DNA of 64,000 nucleotides from Escherichia coli (GCF_003018255.1 NZ_CP027440.1), one strand, 5' to 3'. Positions 34,954 to 47,931 are shown, numbered from the stretch's first letter. The notes: generated by a model from the sequence alone, not told the origin. Translations and numbers: made by a program.

Positions 34954-35162
34954 GCAAAAGCCATGATTTAACTAATGTTTAGTATTAATTTAACCTTTGT
35001 GTAACTTAATTACGGTATGAATGTAAATAAACCATCAATAAGCAAAAATAAGTGGTCGGATGAGTAGTAAAATTACACAAAAGGCGGTACTATTTTCATC
35101 AGATAAACAAATTCATTTTTCCGGTGCTATTCACCGGGTAGATACAAAAGGGGGAGAAAAGT

Positions 35163-35369
35163 ATGGAACTCTACAGAGAATATCCTGCATGGCTTATCTT
35201 TTTACGCCGTACTTATGCGGTTGCAGCGGGCGTTCTGGCGCTGCCTTTCATGCTTTTCTGGAAAGACCGCGCCCGCTTTTACAGCTACCTGCACCGCGTC
35301 TGGTCGAAAACCAGCGATAAACCGGTGTGGATGGATCAGGCCGAAAAGGCGACTGGTGATTTTTACTGA
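35163..35369 (+). CDS. ybfA: Small conserved protein YbfA (DUF2517)
   Basis: 68-aa [71 protein letters not shown]. Confidence 0.85.
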
Positions 35370-35391
35370 TTGCTGAGTTCTGAATACATTG

Positions 35392-35427
35392 AAAACCGCC
35401 AGCGGAAACGCTGGCGGTTTTTTTTGT
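35392..35427 (+). terminator. ybfA rho-independent terminator
   Basis: AACCGCCAGCG-gaaa-CGCTGGCGGTT hairpin followed by T9. Confidence 0.7.
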
Positions 35428-35613
35428 ATCAGGAAGATGTTCAGAGGAATATTTAGACACCGTTATACCAATCGAAACATATATTCATGAAATATATATA
35501 AATATTTTCCTAATTGTTCTTATCTGACAGATATCTCACTTAAGGCTTTCTTATAAATCTGTAGGGTTTCGCCTGTCAGCAGACAAATAACCCGATAAAA
35601 CAAGGATGAGCAG

Positions 35614-38600
35614 ATGAGCGGAAAACCGGCGGCGCGTCAGGGCGACATGACGCAGTATGGCGGTAGCATTGTTCAGGATTCAGCCGGGGTACGTATTGGT
35701 GCCCCCACCGGCGTGGCCTGTTCGGTGTGCCCCGGCGGGGTGACGTCCGGCCATCCGGTCAATCCGCTGCTCGGTGCGAAGGTCCTTCCCGGCGAAACCG
35801 ACCTTGCCCTGCCCGGCCCGCTGCCGTTCATCCTCTCCCGCACCTACAGCAGTTACCGGACAAAAACGCCCGCGCCGGTGGGGAGCCTCGGCCCCGGCTG
35901 GAAAATGCCTGCGGATATCCGCTTACAGCTGCGCGATAACACACTGATACTCAGTGATAACGGCGGCAGAAGCCTGTATTTTGAGCACCTGTTTCCCGGT
36001 GAGGACGGTTACAGCCGCAGCGAGTCACTCTGGCTGGTGCGCGGCGGCGTGGCGAAACTGGATGAAGGTCACCGGCTGGCCGCACTCTGGCAGGCGCTGC
36101 CGGAAGAGCTTCGCCTGAGTCCGCATCGTTATCTGGCGAAGAACAGTCCGCAGGGGCCGTGGTGGGTATTCGGCTGGTGTGAGCGGGTGCCGGAGGCGGA
36201 TGAGGTGCTGCCTGCGCCGCTGCCGCCGTACCGGATACTGACCGGGCTGGTGGACCGCTTCGGGCGCACACAGACGTTTCACCGTGAGGCTGGCGGCGAA
36301 TTCAGCGGCGAAATCACCGGCGTGACCGACGGCGCAGGCCGTCACTTCCGGCTGGTACTGACCACGCAGGCGCTGCGGGCAGAAGAGGCCCGGCAGAAGG
36401 CCACTTCCGGCGGGACGGAACCGTCCGCTTTTCCTGATACCCAGCCGGACTACACGGAATATGGCCGGGACAACGGTATCCGTCTGTCTGCCGTGTGGCT
36501 GACGCACGACCCGGAATACCCGGAGAATTTACCTGCCGCGCCGCTGGTACGCTATGGCTGGACGCCGCGCGGCGAACTGGCGGCGGTGTATGACCGCAGC
36601 AATACACAGGTGCGCAGCTTTACTTACGATGATAAATACCGGGGCCGGATGGTGGCGCACCGTCACACGGGCCGGCCGGAAATCCGTTACCGTTACGACA
36701 GTGACGGGCGGGTGACAGAACAGCTAAACCCGGCAGGCTTAAGCTACACGTATCAGTATGAGAAAGACCACATCACCATCACCGACAGCCTGGACCGCCG
36801 TGAAGTGCTGCACACGCAGGGCGAAGGCGGGCTGAAGCGGGTGGTGAAAAAGGAACACGCGGACGGCAGCGTCACGCAGAGTCAGTTTGACGCGGTGGGC
36901 AGGCTTAAGGCACAGACGGATGCCGCAGGCCGGACGACTGAGTACAGCCCGGATGTGGTGACCGGACTCATCACGCGCATCACCACGCCGGATGGCAGGG
37001 CATCGGCGTTTTACTATAACCACCACAGCCAGTTAACGTCAGCCACCGGGACTGACGGGCTGGAGTTGCGCAGGGAATATGATGAATCCGGCCGTCTGAT
37101 TCAGGAAACTGCCCCTGACGGCGATATCACCCGCTACCGTTATGATAATCTACACAGTGAATTACCCTGCGCAACGGAAGATGCCACCGGCAGCCGGAAA
37201 ACCATGACATGGAGCCGTTACGGTCAGTTGCTGACCGTCACTGACTGTTCCGGTTATGTAACCCGTTATGACCATGACCGTTTTGGTCAGATGACGGCGG
37301 CGCACCGCGAGGAAGGGCTGAGTCAGTATCGCGCATACGACAGCCGTGGACAGTTAATTGCGGTGAAAGACATGCAGGGCCATGAAACGCGGTATGAATA
37401 CAACGCCGCCGGTGACCTGACCGCCGTCATTGCCCCGGACGGCAGCAGAAACGGGACACAGTACGATACGTGGGGAAAGGCCATCCGTACCACGCAGGGT
37501 GGTCTGACGCGCAGTATGGAATACGATGCTGCCGGACGGGTCATCCGCCTGACCAGTGAAAACGGCAGCCACACCACCTTCCGTTACGATGTACTCGACC
37601 GGCTGATACAGGAAACCGGCTTTGACGGCCGCACACAGCGTTATCATCACGACCTGACCGGTAAACTTATCCGCAGCGAGGATGAGGGGCTGGTCACCCA
37701 CTGGCACTATGACGAAGCAGACCGCATCACGCACCGCACCGTGAAGGGTGAAACCGCAGAACAGTGGCGGTACGACGAACGCGGCTGGCTGACACAAATC
37801 AGCCATCTCAGCGAAGGCCACCGGGTGACGGTGCATTACGGGTATGATGAGAAAGGCCGCCTGACCGGTGAGCGCCAGACGGTACATCACCCGCAGACGG
37901 AAGCACTGCTCTGGCAGCATGAGACCAGACATGCGTACAACGCGCAGGGGCTGGCGAACCGCTGTATACCGGACAGCCTGCCCGCCGTGGAATGGCTGAC
38001 TTACGGCAGCGGCTGGCTGGCAGGCATGAAACTCGGCGACACACCGCTGGTGGATTTCACCCGTGACCGCCTGCACCGGGAAACGCTGCGCAGCTTCGGC
38101 CGTTATGAACTCACCACCGCTTATACCTCTGCCGGGCAGTTACAGAGCCAGCACCTGAACAGCCTGCAGTATGACCGCGATTACACCTGGAACGACAACG
38201 GCGAACTCATCCGCATCAGCAGCCCGCGACAGACCCGGAGTTACAGCTACAGCGACTCCGGCAGGCTGACCGGCGTCCACACCACCACCTCAAATCTGGA
38301 TATCCGCATCCCGTATGCCACGGACCCGGCAGGTAACCGCCTGCCCGACCCGGAGCTGCACCCGGACAGCACCCTCAGCATGTGGCCGGATAACCGTATC
38401 GCCCGTGACGCGCACTATCTTTACCAGTATGACCGTCACGGCAGGCTGACAGAGAAAACCGACCTCATCCCGGAAGGGGTTATCCGCACGGATGATGAGC
38501 GGACTCACCGGTACCATTACGACAGCCGGCACCGGCTGGTGCACTACACGCGGACACAATATGCAGAGCCGCTGGTCGAAAGTCGCTATCTTTACGACCC

Positions 38601-39300
38601 GCTGGGGCGCAGGGTGGCAAAACGGGTATGGCGGCGTGAACGGGACCTGACGGGCTGGATGTCGCTGTCACGGAAACCGGAAGTGACCTGGTACGGCTGG
38701 GACGGCGACCGGCTGACCACAATACAGAACGACAGAACCCGCATCCAGACGGTTTATCAGCCGGGGAGCTTCACGCCACTCATCAGGGTCGAAACTGCCA
38801 CCGGTGAGCTGGCGAAAACGCAGCGCCGCAGCCTGGCGGATGCGCTTCAGCAGTCCGGCGGTGAAGACGGTGGCAGTGTGGTGTTCCCGCCGGTGCTGGT
38901 GCAGATGCTCGACCGGCTGGAAAGTGAAATCCTGGCTGACCGGGTGAGTGAGGAAAGCCGCCGCTGGCTGGCATCGTGCGGCCTGACGGTGGAGCAGATA
39001 CAAAACCAGATGGACCCGGTGTACACGCCGGCGCGAAAAATCCACCTGTACCACTGCGACCATCGCGGCCTGCCGCTGGCGCTTGTCAGCACGGAAGGGG
39101 CAACAGAATGGTGCGCAGAATACGATGAATGGGGCAACCTGCTGAATGAAGAGAACCCGCACCAGCTGCAGCAGCTCATCCGCCTGCCGGGTCAGCAGTA
39201 TGATGAGGAGTCCGGCCTGTATTACAACCGCCACCGCTATTATGACCCGCTGCAGGGGCCAGGGAAAGATCACGTAACGCTGCTTTTTTGTACTAAATAA
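35614..39300 (+). CDS. rhsC: Rhs-family protein (RhsC-like core), C-terminally truncated: no DPxGL cleavage motif and no toxin domain
   Basis: 1228-aa GC-rich ORF with a PAAR-like N-terminal motif (KPAARQGD) and many YD repeats; it ends ...[11 protein letters not shown] plus 13 unrelated residues ([13 protein letters not shown]) and a stop. Confidence 0.85.
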   Translation: MSGKPAARQGDMTQYGGSIVQDSAGVRIGAPTGVACSVCPGGVTSGHPVNPLLGAKVLPGETDLALPGPLPFILSRTYSSYRTKTPAPVGSLGPGWKMPADIRLQLRDNTLILSDNGGRSLYFEHLFPGEDGYSRSESLWLVRGGVAKLDEGHRLAALWQALPEELRLSPHRYLAKNSPQGPWWVFGWCERVPEADEVLPAPLPPYRILTGLVDRFGRTQTFHREAGGEFSGEITGVTDGAGRHFRLVLTTQALRAEEARQKATSGGTEPSAFPDTQPDYTEYGRDNGIRLSAVWLTHDPEYPENLPAAPLVRYGWTPRGELAAVYDRSNTQVRSFTYDDKYRGRMVAHRHTGRPEIRYRYDSDGRVTEQLNPAGLSYTYQYEKDHITITDSLDRREVLHTQGEGGLKRVVKKEHADGSVTQSQFDAVGRLKAQTDAAGRTTEYSPDVVTGLITRITTPDGRASAFYYNHHSQLTSATGTDGLELRREYDESGRLIQETAPDGDITRYRYDNLHSELPCATEDATGSRKTMTWSRYGQLLTVTDCSGYVTRYDHDRFGQMTAAHREEGLSQYRAYDSRGQLIAVKDMQGHETRYEYNAAGDLTAVIAPDGSRNGTQYDTWGKAIRTTQGGLTRSMEYDAAGRVIRLTSENGSHTTFRYDVLDRLIQETGFDGRTQRYHHDLTGKLIRSEDEGLVTHWHYDEADRITHRTVKGETAEQWRYDERGWLTQISHLSEGHRVTVHYGYDEKGRLTGERQTVHHPQTEALLWQHETRHAYNAQGLANRCIPDSLPAVEWLTYGSGWLAGMKLGDTPLVDFTRDRLHRETLRSFGRYELTTAYTSAGQLQSQHLNSLQYDRDYTWNDNGELIRISSPRQTRSYSYSDSGRLTGVHTTTSNLDIRIPYATDPAGNRLPDPELHPDSTLSMWPDNRIARDAHYLYQYDRHGRLTEKTDLIPEGVIRTDDERTHRYHYDSRHRLVHYTRTQYAEPLVESRYLYDPLGRRVAKRVWRRERDLTGWMSLSRKPEVTWYGWDGDRLTTIQNDRTRIQTVYQPGSFTPLIRVETATGELAKTQRRSLADALQQSGGEDGGSVVFPPVLVQMLDRLESEILADRVSEESRRWLASCGLTVEQIQNQMDPVYTPARKIHLYHCDHRGLPLALVSTEGATEWCAEYDEWGNLLNEENPHQLQQLIRLPGQQYDEESGLYYNRHRYYDPLQGPGKDHVTLLFCTK

Positions 39301-40312
39301 TTCGCATTTTATGTTTAAAAATTGAGATATTCCTCATTACCTAAAGCTGTTTTTCATTGCTTATACATGATCAAATACTCCTTACATAATTAAGGAGAAC
39401 AAAATGGAACTTAAAAAATTGATGGAGCATATTTCTATTATCCCAGATTACAGACAAGCCTGGAAAGTGGAACATAAATTGTCTGATATTCTACTGTTGA
39501 CTATTTGTGACGTTATTTCTGGTGCAGAAGGTTGGGAAGATATAGAGGATTTTGGGGAAACACATCTCGATTTTTTAAAACAATATGGTGATTTTGAAAA
39601 TGGTATTCCTGTTCACGATACCATTGCCAGAGTTGTATCCTGTATCAGTCCTGCAAAATTTCACGAGTGCTTTATTAACTGGATGCGTGACTGCCATTCT
39701 TCAGATGATAAAGACGTCATTGCAATTGATGGAAAAACGCTCCGGCACTCTTATGACAAGAGTCGCCGCAAGGGAGCGATTCATGTCATTAGTGCGTTCT
39801 CAACAATGCACAGTCTGGTCATCGGACAGATCAAGACGGATGAGAAATCCAATGAGATCACAGCTATCCCGGAACTTCTTAACATGCTGAATATTAAAGG
39901 AAAAATAATCACAACTGATGCGATGGGTTGCCAGAAAGATATTGCAGAGAAGATACAAAAACAGGGCGGTGATTATTTATTCGCTGTAAAAGGAAACCAG
40001 GGGCGGCTAAATAAAGCCTTCGAGGAAAAATTTCCGCTGAAAGAATTAAATAATCCAGAGCATGGCAGTTACGCAATGAGTGAAAAGAGTCACGGCAGAG
40101 AAGAAATCCGTCTTCATATTGTTTGCGATGTCCCTGATGAACTTATTGATTTCACGTTTGAATGGAAAGGGCAGCCATGGACAGAAAATATCTGGCGTCA
40201 GTCCTTGCGGGGAGCGTGCTTTCGTAATTTTGCCCTGCTACAACAGGATTAACTTCACAAACATCATTTGCCAACGTCTACACTTACTCCTGTTAATATC
40301 TCAGGAGCAGTA
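39301..40312 (+). mobile_element. H-repeat (ISAs1-family) element remnant with an internal deletion
   Basis: AT-rich left end, then an ISAs1-like transposase ORF; the expected C-terminus ([18 protein letters not shown]) is present but in the +1 frame near 40171..40230, implying an internal deletion of roughly 0.3 kb. Confidence 0.65.
39404..40252 (+). pseudogene. ybfD: H-repeat-associated (ISAs1-family) transposase, frameshifted by an internal deletion (YbfD-like)
   Basis: 282-aa [35 protein letters not shown]...; about 250 aa are transposase-like, then an out-of-frame tail [26 protein letters not shown]. Confidence 0.7.
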
Positions 40313-40822
40313 ATGAATCAGCAACGATTTGATGAAAGCACTCTAATCCGTATCTTCGCGCTTTATGAGTTACATCGACTGAAAGAACATGGCTTAACGC
40401 GCGGGGCACTCAACGATTATCACAGCCGCTATAAACTCGTCTTTCTGGCCCATTCCCAGCCCGAGTACCGCAAACTTGGCCCGTTCGTGGCTGATATTCA
40501 CCAGTGGCAAAATCTGGATGACTATTACAACCAGTACCGCCAACGCGTAGTTGTTTTGCTTTCTCACCCCGCCAACCGACGTGACCACACCAATGTTTTG
40601 ATGCACGTTCAGGGTTATTTTCGCCCTCATATTGATTCCACAGAACGCCAGCAGCTGGCGGCGCTTATCGACAGTTATCGCGGTGGCGAGCAACCGCTTC
40701 TTGCGCCGCTGATGCGTATCAAACACTATATGGCGCTTTATCCTGACGCCTGGCTTTCAGGGCAGCGTTATTTCGAACTTTGGCCGCGTGTGATTAACTT
40801 GCGCCATTCAGGAGTTTTATGA
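40313..40822 (+). CDS. ybgA: DUF1722 protein YbgA (cotranscribed with photolyase)
   Basis: Track ORF 40268..40822 trimmed to the ATG at 40313 (CAGGAG RBS): MNQQRFDESTLIRIFALYELHRLKEHG..., 169 aa. Confidence 0.88.
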   Translation: MNQQRFDESTLIRIFALYELHRLKEHGLTRGALNDYHSRYKLVFLAHSQPEYRKLGPFVADIHQWQNLDDYYNQYRQRVVVLLSHPANRRDHTNVLMHVQGYFRPHIDSTERQQLAALIDSYRGGEQPLLAPLMRIKHYMALYPDAWLSGQRYFELWPRVINLRHSGVL

Positions 40823-42237
40823 CTACCCATCTGGTCTGGTTTCGCCAGGATTTACGTCAGCATGATAATCTCGCGCTGGCTGCCGCCTGCCGCAATTCGT
40901 CTGCAAGCGTGCTGGCGTTGTATATCGCTACACCACGCCAGTGGGCGGCGCATAATATGTCGCCGCGTCAGGCTGAATTTATCAATGCACAACTGAACGG
41001 GCTACAAATCGCGCTGGCGGAAAAAGGCATTCCTTTGCTGTTTCATGAAGTGGATGACTTTGCCGCCAGCGTCGAAATAGTTAAACAGGTGTGCGCGGAA
41101 AATCGTGTTACCCATCTGTTTTATAACTATCAGTATGAGGTGAATGAGCGGGCGCGGGATGTGCAGGCTGAGAGGGCGCTGCGTAACGTGGTGTGTGAAG
41201 GATTTGACGACGGCGTGATCCTGCCGCCGGGGGCGGTGATGACTGGCAATCATGAGATGTACAAAGTCTTTACGCCATTTAAAAACGCCTGGCTTAAACG
41301 GCTGCGAGAAGGGATGCCGGAGTGCGTCGCTGCGCCAAAAGTACGTAGTAGCGGATCGATAGATCCCGCGCCATCCATTACGCTGAATTATCCTCGTCAG
41401 CCTTTCGATACTGCGCATTTCCCGGTGGAAGAGAAAGCGGCGATTGCGCAATTACGCCAGTTTTGCCAGAACGGTGCCGGAGAGTATGAGCAACAGCGAG
41501 ATTTCCCTGCGGTAGAAGGCACCAGCCGTTTGTCCGCCAGCCTGGCAACGGGCGGGTTATCGCCTCGCCAGTGTTTGCATCGCCTGTTGGCGGAACAGCC
41601 GCAGGCGCTGGACGGTGGGGCCGGTAGTATCTGGCTTAATGAGCTGATCTGGCGCGAGTTTTACCGTCATCTGATAACGTATTACCCCTCGCTGTGTAAA
41701 CATCGTCCGTTTATTGTCTGGACCGACCGCGTGCAGTGGCAGAGCAATTCCGCGCATTTAAAGGCCTGGCAGGAAGGCAAAACGGGATACCCGATTGTTG
41801 ATGCTGCCATGCGTCAGCTTAACAGCACCGGCTGGATGCATAACCGGCTACGGATGATTACAGCCAGTTTTTTGGTGAAAGATTTATTGATCGACTGGCG
41901 CGAAGGTGAGCGATATTTCATGTCGCAGCTGATTGATGGTGATTTGGCAGCCAATAACGGTGGCTGGCAGTGGGCCGCTTCAACCGGAACCGATGCAGCG
42001 CCGTATTTTCGTATTTTTAACCCGACAACCCAGGGCGAGAAATTTGACCGTGAGGGCGAGTTTATCCGCCAGTGGCTACCGGAACTGCGCGATGTGCCAG
42101 GGAAAGTGGTGCATGAGCCGTGGAAGTGGGCGCAGAAAGCAGGTGTGACGCTGGATTATCCGCAACCGATAGTTGATCACAAAGAGGCAAGGCTGCGAAC
42201 GCTGGCAGCGTACGAAGAAGCGAGGAAAGGAGCCTGA
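40819..42237 (+). CDS. phr: Deoxyribodipyrimidine photolyase
   Basis: 472-aa ORF MTTHLVWFRQDLRQHDNLALAAA...; overlaps the ybgA stop (ATGA). Confidence 0.95.
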   Translation: MTTHLVWFRQDLRQHDNLALAAACRNSSASVLALYIATPRQWAAHNMSPRQAEFINAQLNGLQIALAEKGIPLLFHEVDDFAASVEIVKQVCAENRVTHLFYNYQYEVNERARDVQAERALRNVVCEGFDDGVILPPGAVMTGNHEMYKVFTPFKNAWLKRLREGMPECVAAPKVRSSGSIDPAPSITLNYPRQPFDTAHFPVEEKAAIAQLRQFCQNGAGEYEQQRDFPAVEGTSRLSASLATGGLSPRQCLHRLLAEQPQALDGGAGSIWLNELIWREFYRHLITYYPSLCKHRPFIVWTDRVQWQSNSAHLKAWQEGKTGYPIVDAAMRQLNSTGWMHNRLRMITASFLVKDLLIDWREGERYFMSQLIDGDLAANNGGWQWAASTGTDAAPYFRIFNPTTQGEKFDREGEFIRQWLPELRDVPGKVVHEPWKWAQKAGVTLDYPQPIVDHKEARLRTLAAYEEARKGA

Positions 42238-42279
42238 TAAAACGCAGCGAGCGTCTTATCAGGCATCGGTGCTGGCCTG

Positions 42280-43944
<1,665 letters not shown>

Positions 43945-44031
43945 TTAATATGTCAAAAGATTGGCTATCGACGAACAGGCGAGGTAACGCTATGTTAACG
44001 GTGTAGCTATCAGAATACGGAAGGCGCGAAG

Positions 44032-44775
44032 ATGAAAAACACCGAACTGGAACAACTGATTAACGAAAAACTGAACAGCGCGGCGATTAGTGATTACGCG
44101 CCGAATGGTTTGCAGGTGGAAGGCAAAGAGACGGTGCAAAAAATTGTTACCGGTGTCACCGCCAGCCAGGCTTTGCTCGATGAAGCGGTGCGTCTGGGCG
44201 CGGATGCGGTCATTGTGCATCATGGCTACTTCTGGAAAGGTGAATCTCCGGTCATTCGCGGAATGAAGCGTAACCGTTTAAAAACGTTGCTGGCGAATGA
44301 TATCAACCTGTATGGCTGGCATCTGCCCCTGGACGCGCATCCGGAGCTGGGTAATAACGCACAACTGGCGGCGTTACTGGGGATCACGGTCATGGGCGAA
44401 ATTGAGCCGTTGGTGCCGTGGGGCGAACTGACCATGCCTGTGCCGGGACTGGAACTGGCCTCCTGGATTGAAGCGCGTCTGGGACGTAAGCCGTTATGGT
44501 GTGGCGATACCGGACCTGAGGTGGTCCAGCGCGTCGCCTGGTGCACGGGCGGCGGGCAAAGTTTTATCGATAGCGCCGCGCGTTTTGGCGTGGATGCTTT
44601 TATTACTGGCGAAGTTTCTGAACAGACCATTCATTCAGCCCGCGAGCAGGGATTGCATTTTTATGCTGCGGGTCACCATGCCACTGAACGCGGTGGTATT
44701 CGCGCGTTGAGCGAGTGGCTGAATGAAAATACCGATCTTGATGTGACCTTTATTGATATTCCTAATCCTGCATAA
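44032..44775 (+). CDS. ybgI: NIF3-family metal-binding protein YbgI
   Basis: 247-aa ORF MKNTELEQLINEKLNSAAISDYAPNGLQVEGKETVQKIVTGVTAS... Confidence 0.92.
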   Translation: MKNTELEQLINEKLNSAAISDYAPNGLQVEGKETVQKIVTGVTASQALLDEAVRLGADAVIVHHGYFWKGESPVIRGMKRNRLKTLLANDINLYGWHLPLDAHPELGNNAQLAALLGITVMGEIEPLVPWGELTMPVPGLELASWIEARLGRKPLWCGDTGPEVVQRVAWCTGGGQSFIDSAARFGVDAFITGEVSEQTIHSAREQGLHFYAAGHHATERGGIRALSEWLNENTDLDVTFIDIPNPA

Positions 44776-44797
44776 CGAATAATCAGAGGGATCGAAA

Positions 44798-45454
44798 GTG
44801 CAACGAGCGCGTTGTTATCTGATAGGTGAAACGGCGGTAGTGCTGGAGCTGGAACCGCCGGTGACGCTGGCTAGCCAGAAACGGATCTGGCGACTGGCGC
44901 AGCGTCTGGTGGATATGCCGAATGTGGTTGAAGCCATTCCCGGCATGAACAATATCACGGTGATTTTACGTAATCCTGAGTCGCTGGCGCTGGATGCCAT
45001 AGAGCGTTTGCAACGCTGGTGGGAGGAGAGTGAGGCGCTGGAGCCGGAGTCTCGCTTTATTGAAATTCCGGTGGTTTACGGTGGCGCAGCCGGACCGGAT
45101 TTGGCGGTGGTCGCGGCGCATTGTGGATTGAGCGAAAAACAGGTTGTTGAATTGCACTCCTCCGTGGAATACGTGGTCTGGTTTTTAGGTTTTCAACCGG
45201 GCTTCCCGTATCTCGGGAGTTTGCCGGAACAACTACACACGCCACGGCGCGCTGAACCGCGCTTGCTCGTTCCGGCAGGTTCTGTCGGGATCGGCGGGCC
45301 GCAGACTGGTATTTATCCGTTGGCAACGCCGGGTGGCTGGCAGTTGATTGGTCATACCTCACTCAGCCTGTTTGATCCGGCGCGTGACGAACCCATCTTA
45401 TTACGTCCGGGAGACAGCGTGCGCTTTGTACCGCAGAAGGAGGGAGTATGCTGA
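44798..45454 (+). CDS. pxpB: 5-oxoprolinase subunit B (YbgJ)
   Basis: 218-aa ORF starting at GTG: (M)[36 protein letters not shown]... Confidence 0.9.
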   Translation: MQRARCYLIGETAVVLELEPPVTLASQKRIWRLAQRLVDMPNVVEAIPGMNNITVILRNPESLALDAIERLQRWWEESEALEPESRFIEIPVVYGGAAGPDLAVVAAHCGLSEKQVVELHSSVEYVVWFLGFQPGFPYLGSLPEQLHTPRRAEPRLLVPAGSVGIGGPQTGIYPLATPGGWQLIGHTSLSLFDPARDEPILLRPGDSVRFVPQKEGVC

Positions 45455-46380
45455 AGATTATTCGTGCGGGTATGTATACCACTGTGCAGGATGGCGGTCG
45501 TCACGGTTTTCGCCAGTCGGGTATCAGCCACTGCGGCGCACTGGATATGCCTGCGCTGCGCATTGCTAACCTACTGGTGGGTAATGACGCCAATGCCCCC
45601 GCGCTGGAGATCACGCTCGGTCAGTTAACGGTTGAGTTCGAAACTGATGGGTGGTTTGCTCTGACGGGGGCCGGTTGCGAAGCGCGGCTGGATGATAACG
45701 CCGTCTGGACCGGCTGGCGATTGCCGATGAAAGCAGGCCAGCGTTTAACGCTTAAACGCCCGCAGCACGGGATGCGCAGTTATCTGGCGGTCGCGGGTGG
45801 TATTGATGTTCCGCCGGTAATGGGGTCATGCAGCACCGATCTCAAAGTGGGGATTGGCGGGCTGGAAGGCCGTTTACTGAAGGATGGTGACCGACTCCCG
45901 ATTGGCAAATCGAAGCGTGATTTTATGGAAGCGCAGGGCGTTAAACAGCTGCTGTGGGGCAACCGCATTCGCGCCTTGCCGGGGCCGGAATATCATGAGT
46001 TCGATCGCGCCTCGCAGGATGCATTCTGGCGTTCGCCCTGGCAGCTTAGCTCGCAAAGTAACCGAATGGGCTATCGCTTACAGGGGCAAATTTTAAAACG
46101 CACCACCGATCGCGAACTGTTATCTCACGGTTTGTTACCGGGCGTGGTGCAGGTGCCACATAACGGGCAGCCGATTGTGTTGATGAACGACGCACAGACC
46201 ACCGGTGGTTATCCGCGTATTGCCTGTATCATTGAGGCTGATATGTACCATCTGGCGCAAATTCCGCTCGGTCAGCCGATTCATTTTGTCCAGTGTTCAC
46301 TGGAAGAGGCACTGAAAGCACGGCAAGATCAACAACGTTATTTCGAACAATTAGCGTGGCGGCTGCACAATGAAAATTGA
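45448..46380 (+). CDS. pxpC: 5-oxoprolinase subunit C (YbgK)
   Basis: 310-aa [36 protein letters not shown]...; overlaps pxpB by 7 nt. Confidence 0.9.
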   Translation: MLKIIRAGMYTTVQDGGRHGFRQSGISHCGALDMPALRIANLLVGNDANAPALEITLGQLTVEFETDGWFALTGAGCEARLDDNAVWTGWRLPMKAGQRLTLKRPQHGMRSYLAVAGGIDVPPVMGSCSTDLKVGIGGLEGRLLKDGDRLPIGKSKRDFMEAQGVKQLLWGNRIRALPGPEYHEFDRASQDAFWRSPWQLSSQSNRMGYRLQGQILKRTTDRELLSHGLLPGVVQVPHNGQPIVLMNDAQTTGGYPRIACIIEADMYHLAQIPLGQPIHFVQCSLEEALKARQDQQRYFEQLAWRLHNEN

Positions 46381-47104
46381 CCTGAACGCCGATCTGGGCG
46401 AAGGCTGCGCCAGCGACGCAGAGCTATTAACGCTGGTTTCCTCTGCCAATATTGCCTGTGGATTTCATGCAGGCGATGCGCAAACCATGCAGGCTTGCGT
46501 GCGTGAAGCCATAAAAAATGGTGTTGCGATTGGCGCTCACCCGAGTTTTCCCGACAGGGAAAATTTTGGGCGCAGCGTCATGCAGCTGCCGCCAGAAACC
46601 ATTTACGCCCAGACGCTGTATCAAATTGGCGCGCTGGCAACGATTGCCCGTGCGCAAGGCGGTGTTATGCGTCATGTCAAACCTCACGGCATGTTATACA
46701 ACCAGGCAGTGAAAGAGGCACAACTGGCAGACGCCATCGCCAGAGCGGTATACGCTTGCGATCCGGCATTGATTCTCGTCGGACTGGCGGGAAGCGAGCT
46801 GATTCGTGCAGGCAAGCAATATGGCCTGACAACGCGCGAGGAAGTGTTTGCCGATCGCGGTTACCAGGCTGACGGCTCGCTGGTGCCGCGAAGCCAGCCA
46901 GGCGCGTTGATTGAAGACGAAGAACAGGCGCTGGCGCAAACGTTGGAGATGGTGCAACACGGCAGAGTCAAAAGTATCACCGGCGAATGGGCAACGGTCA
47001 CGGCGCAAACGGTCTGCCTGCATGGCGACGGCGAGCACGCACTGGCATTCGCCCGCCGACTACGCTCTACATTTGCCGAAAAGGGGATTGTTGTCGCAGC
47101 ATAA
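46370..47104 (+). CDS. pxpA: 5-oxoprolinase subunit A (LamB/YcsF family, YbgL)
   Basis: 244-aa [39 protein letters not shown]...; overlaps pxpC by 11 nt. Confidence 0.9.
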   Translation: MKIDLNADLGEGCASDAELLTLVSSANIACGFHAGDAQTMQACVREAIKNGVAIGAHPSFPDRENFGRSVMQLPPETIYAQTLYQIGALATIARAQGGVMRHVKPHGMLYNQAVKEAQLADAIARAVYACDPALILVGLAGSELIRAGKQYGLTTREEVFADRGYQADGSLVPRSQPGALIEDEEQALAQTLEMVQHGRVKSITGEWATVTAQTVCLHGDGEHALAFARRLRSTFAEKGIVVAA

Positions 47105-47139
47105 CCCCGTTTAATAAAGAATGAAAAAAGGATATCACC

Positions 47140-47931
47140 ATGCCTGAAGGCCCGGAGATCCGCCGTGCAGCGGATAACCTGGAGGCGGCGATCAAAGGCA
47201 AACCACTAACTGATGTCTGGTTTGCCTTCCCGCAGTTAAAACCTTATCAATCACAACTTATCGGTCAACACGTTACCCATGTGGAAACGCGTGGTAAGGC
47301 GTTGTTAACTCATTTTTCCAACGACTTAACGCTCTACAGCCATAATCAGCTTTACGGCGTCTGGCGCGTGGTTGATACCGGCGAAGAGCCGCAGACTACG
47401 CGAGTATTGCGGGTAAAACTGCAAACGGTTGACAAAACCATTCTGCTTTATAGCGCCTCGGATATTGAGATGTTGACGCCGGAACAACTGATCACGCATC
47501 CGTTTTTACAACGAGTCGGCCCCGATGTGCTGGATCCGAATCTGACGCCGGAGGTGGTAAAGGAACGGTTATTGTCGCCGCGCTTTCGTAACCGTCAGTT
47601 TGCTGGATTACTGCTCGATCAGGCGTTTCTGGCTGGGCTTGGCAATTATTTGCGGGTGGAGATCCTCTGGCAGGTTGGGTTGACTGGAAATCATAAAGCG
47701 AAAGATCTCAGTGCGGCGCAACTGGATGCACTCGCACACGCGTTACTGGATATTCCTCGATTTTCCTACGCTACGCGGGGGCAGGTGGATGAGAATAAGC
47801 ATCATGGGGCGCTGTTTCGCTTTAAGGTTTTTCATCGTGATGGCGAACTGTGCGAACGCTGTGGCGGCATCATTGAGAAAACCACGCTGTCATCTCGCCC
47901 GTTTTACTGGTGCCCTGGCTGTCAGCACTAG
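47140..47931 (+). CDS. nei: Endonuclease VIII (DNA glycosylase/AP lyase)
   Basis: 263-aa [31 protein letters not shown]... (N-terminal PEGPE catalytic motif), C-terminal zinc finger CERCG...CPGCQ. Confidence 0.95.
   Translation: MPEGPEIRRAADNLEAAIKGKPLTDVWFAFPQLKPYQSQLIGQHVTHVETRGKALLTHFSNDLTLYSHNQLYGVWRVVDTGEEPQTTRVLRVKLQTVDKTILLYSASDIEMLTPEQLITHPFLQRVGPDVLDPNLTPEVVKERLLSPRFRNRQFAGLLLDQAFLAGLGNYLRVEILWQVGLTGNHKAKDLSAAQLDALAHALLDIPRFSYATRGQVDENKHHGALFRFKVFHRDGELCERCGGIIEKTTLSSRPFYWCPGCQH

Noticed and set aside
35060-35320. 86-aa plus-strand ORF overlapping ybfA in another frame
   Set aside because: The ybfA frame gives the known conserved protein; this alternative frame has no support.
37354-38076. 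240-aa and other long minus-strand ORFs inside the rhs core (also 36025..36507, 38668..39273)
   Set aside because: High GC content of the Rhs core suppresses stop codons in all frames; the products are Pro/Arg/Ala-rich with no domain-like features.
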